From Macrostomum hystrix (taxonomy: Eukaryota > Animalia > Platyhelminthes): a stretch of 64,000 nucleotides of DNA. Shown here piece by piece: positions 63,887 to 64,000 of this stretch. The stretch is from the NCBI GenBank assembly GCA_950097015.1, contig CATNEN010000038.1, positions 1,550,001 through 1,614,000 on the forward strand, given 5' to 3'. Both the position numbers and the translations under genes were made by a program. The stretch's first letter is position 1; the number at the start of each line of letters is the position of its first letter. The notes below the pieces were generated by a model. It did not search any database and was not told the DNA's origin. It saw only the letters and a list, made by a program, of their open reading frames with translations.

Positions 63887-64000
63887 ATGGCAACTCCCGA
63901 CAAGCTTTATTCGGTCTGGCTGGTGGAGTTCGGCAGTTACGCTGCAATGATTCCTCTGTGCTTCGCCGCGGCCGCCGTCTTCGCGTTCGGCTCGCTGATT
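63887..64000 (+). CDS. Second GPCR first exon, paralogous to 61877 (runs off the window)
   Basis: MATPDKLYSVWLVEFGSYAAMIPLCFAAAAVFAFGSLI aligns with MAAAPSPTACSLLHLELLPYAVAAPLDFLASAAFAFGACV. Not present in the ORF track. Confidence 0.7.
   Translation, partial: MATPDKLYSVWLVEFGSYAAMIPLCFAAAAVFAFGSLI

Overview
Eukaryotic (metazoan) genomic DNA, not prokaryotic. It has GC-rich spliceosomal exons, AT-rich intergenic DNA and roughly 13-14 kb of unrelated minisatellite arrays. The overall texture fits a repeat-rich flatworm such as Macrostomum, but that is inference only. Genes reconstructed by hand, with splice phases that close: (1) the 3' part of a secreted NDNF/Nord-like gene A (1-3354, +); (2) a complete divergent tandem paralog B (8347-17141, +, 7 exons, ~840 aa); (3) a complete ARS2/SRRT gene (28403-21235, -, 6 exons, ~1051 aa); (4) a NAT8/Camello-like membrane GNAT (50344-51394, +) with no visible start codon; (5) two tandem, homologous first exons of divergent rhodopsin-type GPCRs (61877-62418 and 63887-end) with no TM5-7 exon between them. 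The 31-48 kb region is a nested transposon stack: a hAT-type MITE, a Sola2-like element, and a decayed Gypsy LTR element (TSD ATGTG). Its 5' LTR is interrupted by a 9.76-kb CMC/EnSpm-like DNA transposon carrying an intact transposase and a spliced BEN-domain-like accessory gene. Best leads: a possible variable-first-exon GPCR locus; intron-born minisatellites that amplify splice-site motifs, including a paralog-specific intron; and a possible spliced-leader-donated start codon. All long repetitive ORFs in the track are artefacts of tandem repeats.
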